Assembly: GCA_036867785.1 (NCBI GenBank)
Contig: CP145416.1
Coordinates: forward strand, 310,001 to 374,000
DNA: 64,000 nucleotides
Direction of reading: 5' to 3'
Source of the DNA: Plasmodiophora brassicae
Lineage: Eukaryota
Under the pieces are notes generated by a model. It saw only the letters and a program-made list of their open reading frames with translations, ran no database searches and had not been told where the DNA came from. Positions 61,544 through 64,000 of this stretch are shown piece by piece; the first letter of the stretch is position 1; each line of letters starts with the position of its first letter. The translations under genes were made by a program, and so were the position numbers.

Positions 61544-63009
61544 CTATTTTCTTCCTGGACGCGCTCGCTGTGCAGATGGGAACTTAAGCGGAGCGGTCAA
61601 CGACACCATCGCCTGGTCGTCTCCGGACGGCTTCCTCTTGATCGTGGCCCCGACTTGTTCGAAGTGCGTCAGCAGCAGACTGGGTGCGATCTTCAGATCG
61701 GACTGAAGCGCGTCCACGGCCCGCTTCGGCAGGGAGAAGTCGGAAACGGTTAGCGCCAGGACGCAGATGTAACAGAGAAGAGAGACGCGGTTCGAGCTGG
61801 TCGTGGAGAAAACCACGCGACCGTCCTCGAGGGTTCGCTCCTACGGTGCCAGTCAAATATGCAGGCCGGGTAGAGCACGCGCTTCGTACGTACCTGCCTA
61901 AACCGGGACAGCAGGCTCTCGGCAACAATCTCGGAGCATCCCAGCATCGCCGCCAGGTCGGACGCAGACGAGATACGCGACCTCCCTTGTATATAAAGGT
62001 CAATCAGGTATCCAAGGTACACCTGGACACCAAGTTAGGATGCCGGTTGGAAACAGGGGACCGTGGGCCATACAAGAACGCCCAGCTTGCTGCGGACGAC
62101 TTCACGCCCTGGATTAGCCGCCTTGAGCGCCGCCAGACGGTCAAGCACGAACGGAAACATCAAATCGTCTTCAAGCCGCCCAGACTTGAACAGTTTCGCA
62201 ATGGGCTTCGTGTCGATACTGCATCGTTGTTCCGTAGTGATGACTACAGCGTACACACTCTTAGCATCGGGTGCATTGATAGCAACCGCCGCACGTACTG
62301 TCATCCAGGGGGTAGATGTCACGTGTATCCAGCGCGTTGGCATCGTACGGAGGTAGGAATTCTCGCACCGCGTCTGCCGATGGCACATCTGCAACAACGC
62401 CGTTAAGGGGGGACCGTCCATCAAAACGATGGCAACAGCGCGTACTCCCAATGGACGATTTTCCCGCGATCAGGGCTTGCTGAATGGCACCTTGAGCGGT
62501 AGCCTCTTCAACATCGATTCGGTTCATGTCCGCCGACTTCATGGCGCGTTTCCGTTTCTTGCTGCCGAAGTCGTCGATCAGAAGGCGTTTCGTCTCAGCG
62601 TAGGTCGACCCGGAGCGATCGTGTTCAAGCATGGAATCCCTGGGTTCGCGCTGCATCGAGAACAAGTTGATGCCCTGCGACGACAGGGTGACGGTGCCCG
62701 CATCGGGATCGAAAATTCCGATCGCAAACCGGGTGGCTTGCGGGTCCTCCTTTCGGACAGAGCCTCGATAGTTGAAGGCGCAATCACCTGAACTTTCCAC
62801 AATCGTTTCCTTCGCATCACCCGATGTGGACAATGAGAAACGCATCGACTTTGACACAACGTCAGCAGGGATGCCCGATGGGAACGTCACTGAACCGAAT
62901 TAGATGCCATTATTATAATACACCAGATATGTTTCGGTCGCTTACATAACTGCGGGTGCAGCGCCGCCTGATCACAGTTGTTGGAGGTAAGCTTGACGCG
63001 GGTCGACAT
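61544..63009 (-). CDS. RPA49: RNA polymerase I subunit RPA49/PAF53, multi-exon
   Basis: FAIGIFDP, LIDDFGSKKRKRA, FLPPYDANA...DIYPLDD, LLCYICVLAL and SLTAPLKFP. Confidence 0.85.
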
Positions 63010-63456
63010 CGCGAAAAGCCGCCCAGTTCTTCCTGAGGCAGCGGAAGATGGTATCAGCGAACGCTGAAGTCGTTGCGCTCAGCCGTGGCCACGGACTCCG
63101 CAGCGGACTCCGCGCGACGGTCCAGCAGGTCAAGGCACCGAGGACGTGCATAACATGTGACTACATACCCATACCTACCTGTAGAGAAGAACGCATTGCA
63201 GATGAATCTGTCTGCCGTGCCTGATGCGCTGTTGCATGTTTGAACTGCCAACGATCGTGTCGGCGGTGGACAAGGCTAGGTAAGTCCGCATTGCGAAATG
63301 GTCGGCGATGATACCGCGTGACGTTCGTTGGCGAACTGTTGCGTTCACGTAATTCTGTGCGGTTCGAGCACTGGAACCACTGGCGCCTGTGGCATGGCAT
63401 GGCCTGCGGCCGCTCGCGGATGACAAGTCGGCGCGATTTTGCAGGTTGGCGGATCG

Positions 63457-64000
63457 ATGGGCGACCGGACGTCATCGGCGTTGTACCACGTCGTCTGTGA
63501 TACGCCCGATGAATTCGACGCGCGGTTGCGGGTCGCGCAAGACGAGGCGCGACGTCGAGGCGTGCCATTGTTCATCCTGGCGTTCGGCCAGCGGGATCCT
63601 GACACCGGCCGATCGTGGTGCCCTGATGTACGCTGCGTGCCGTTTCCGCCACGTTGTGGACTGTTCTAACGACAGACAGTGCCATGCTGCGTACCCGGTC
63701 ATTATCGGCGCGATGGAGGCGCTTGCCCCATCGGCGTGCCTGCTGGAGATAACGGTGGAGCGAGCGGCGTACAAAGGCAACCCCGCGTACGCCTACCGGC
63801 GGCATAGTGCCTTGCAGCTGAAGGCGATCCCTCAACTGTATCGAATCCAGGACGGCGACGCGCACCCCTGGCTGGAGACCCTTGTGGAGAACGATTGCCT
63901 GGATGCCGGCCGCGTCGAGAAGTTCGTGCTGCTCAGCCCTCGAATCGATCTGGATGCGTACGATACCGTCCTGCTCGATTGCGATGGCGTGTTGTGGACC
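63457..64000 (+). CDS. TRP14/TXNDC17-like thioredoxin fused to a HAD phosphatase (PGP/pNPPase type); truncated by window end
   Basis: GRSWCPD|C (intron 63628-63679)...YRRH..LQLKAIPQL...LVENDC, continuing in frame to YDTVLLDCDGVLWT. Confidence 0.8.

Noticed and set aside
63054-63426. Short minus-strand ORFs between RPA49 and the thioredoxin fusion
   Set aside because: I could not build a consistent spliced model. Likely divergent promoter or UTR sequence.

Overview
This is gene-dense, GC-rich eukaryotic nuclear DNA, not prokaryotic. Most genes are broken by short (~50-60 nt) GT-AG introns with CTGAC/CTAAC-like branch points, and intergenic gaps are often under 300 bp. The style resembles a compact protist genome such as a plasmodiophorid; that is inference only. 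I can support about 30 protein-coding genes. Housekeeping genes include GrpE, NDUFS1, CDC27, symplekin, RPA49, WAPL, AAGAB, PP2C and TDO. There are also ABCG and ABCA transporters, secreted hydrolases and surface proteins. I saw no rRNA, tRNA or CRISPR array. The most interesting observations are: (1) a 1.7 kb fold-back at 28.2-29.9 kb that resolves into an inverted duplication whose two arms each lost a different internal block, next to a TGCAGC-rich array; (2) an in-frame fusion of a TRP14/TXNDC17 thioredoxin (WCPDC) to a HAD phosphatase at the window end; (3) a ~7 kb VWA-VWD-PKD-repeat type I membrane protein; (4) a 57-aa spliced microprotein missed by the ORF track; (5) a double-Zn2Cys6/PAS transcription factor; (6) carbonic anhydrases with substituted zinc ligands. 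Exon boundaries were read by eye and are approximate unless stated.
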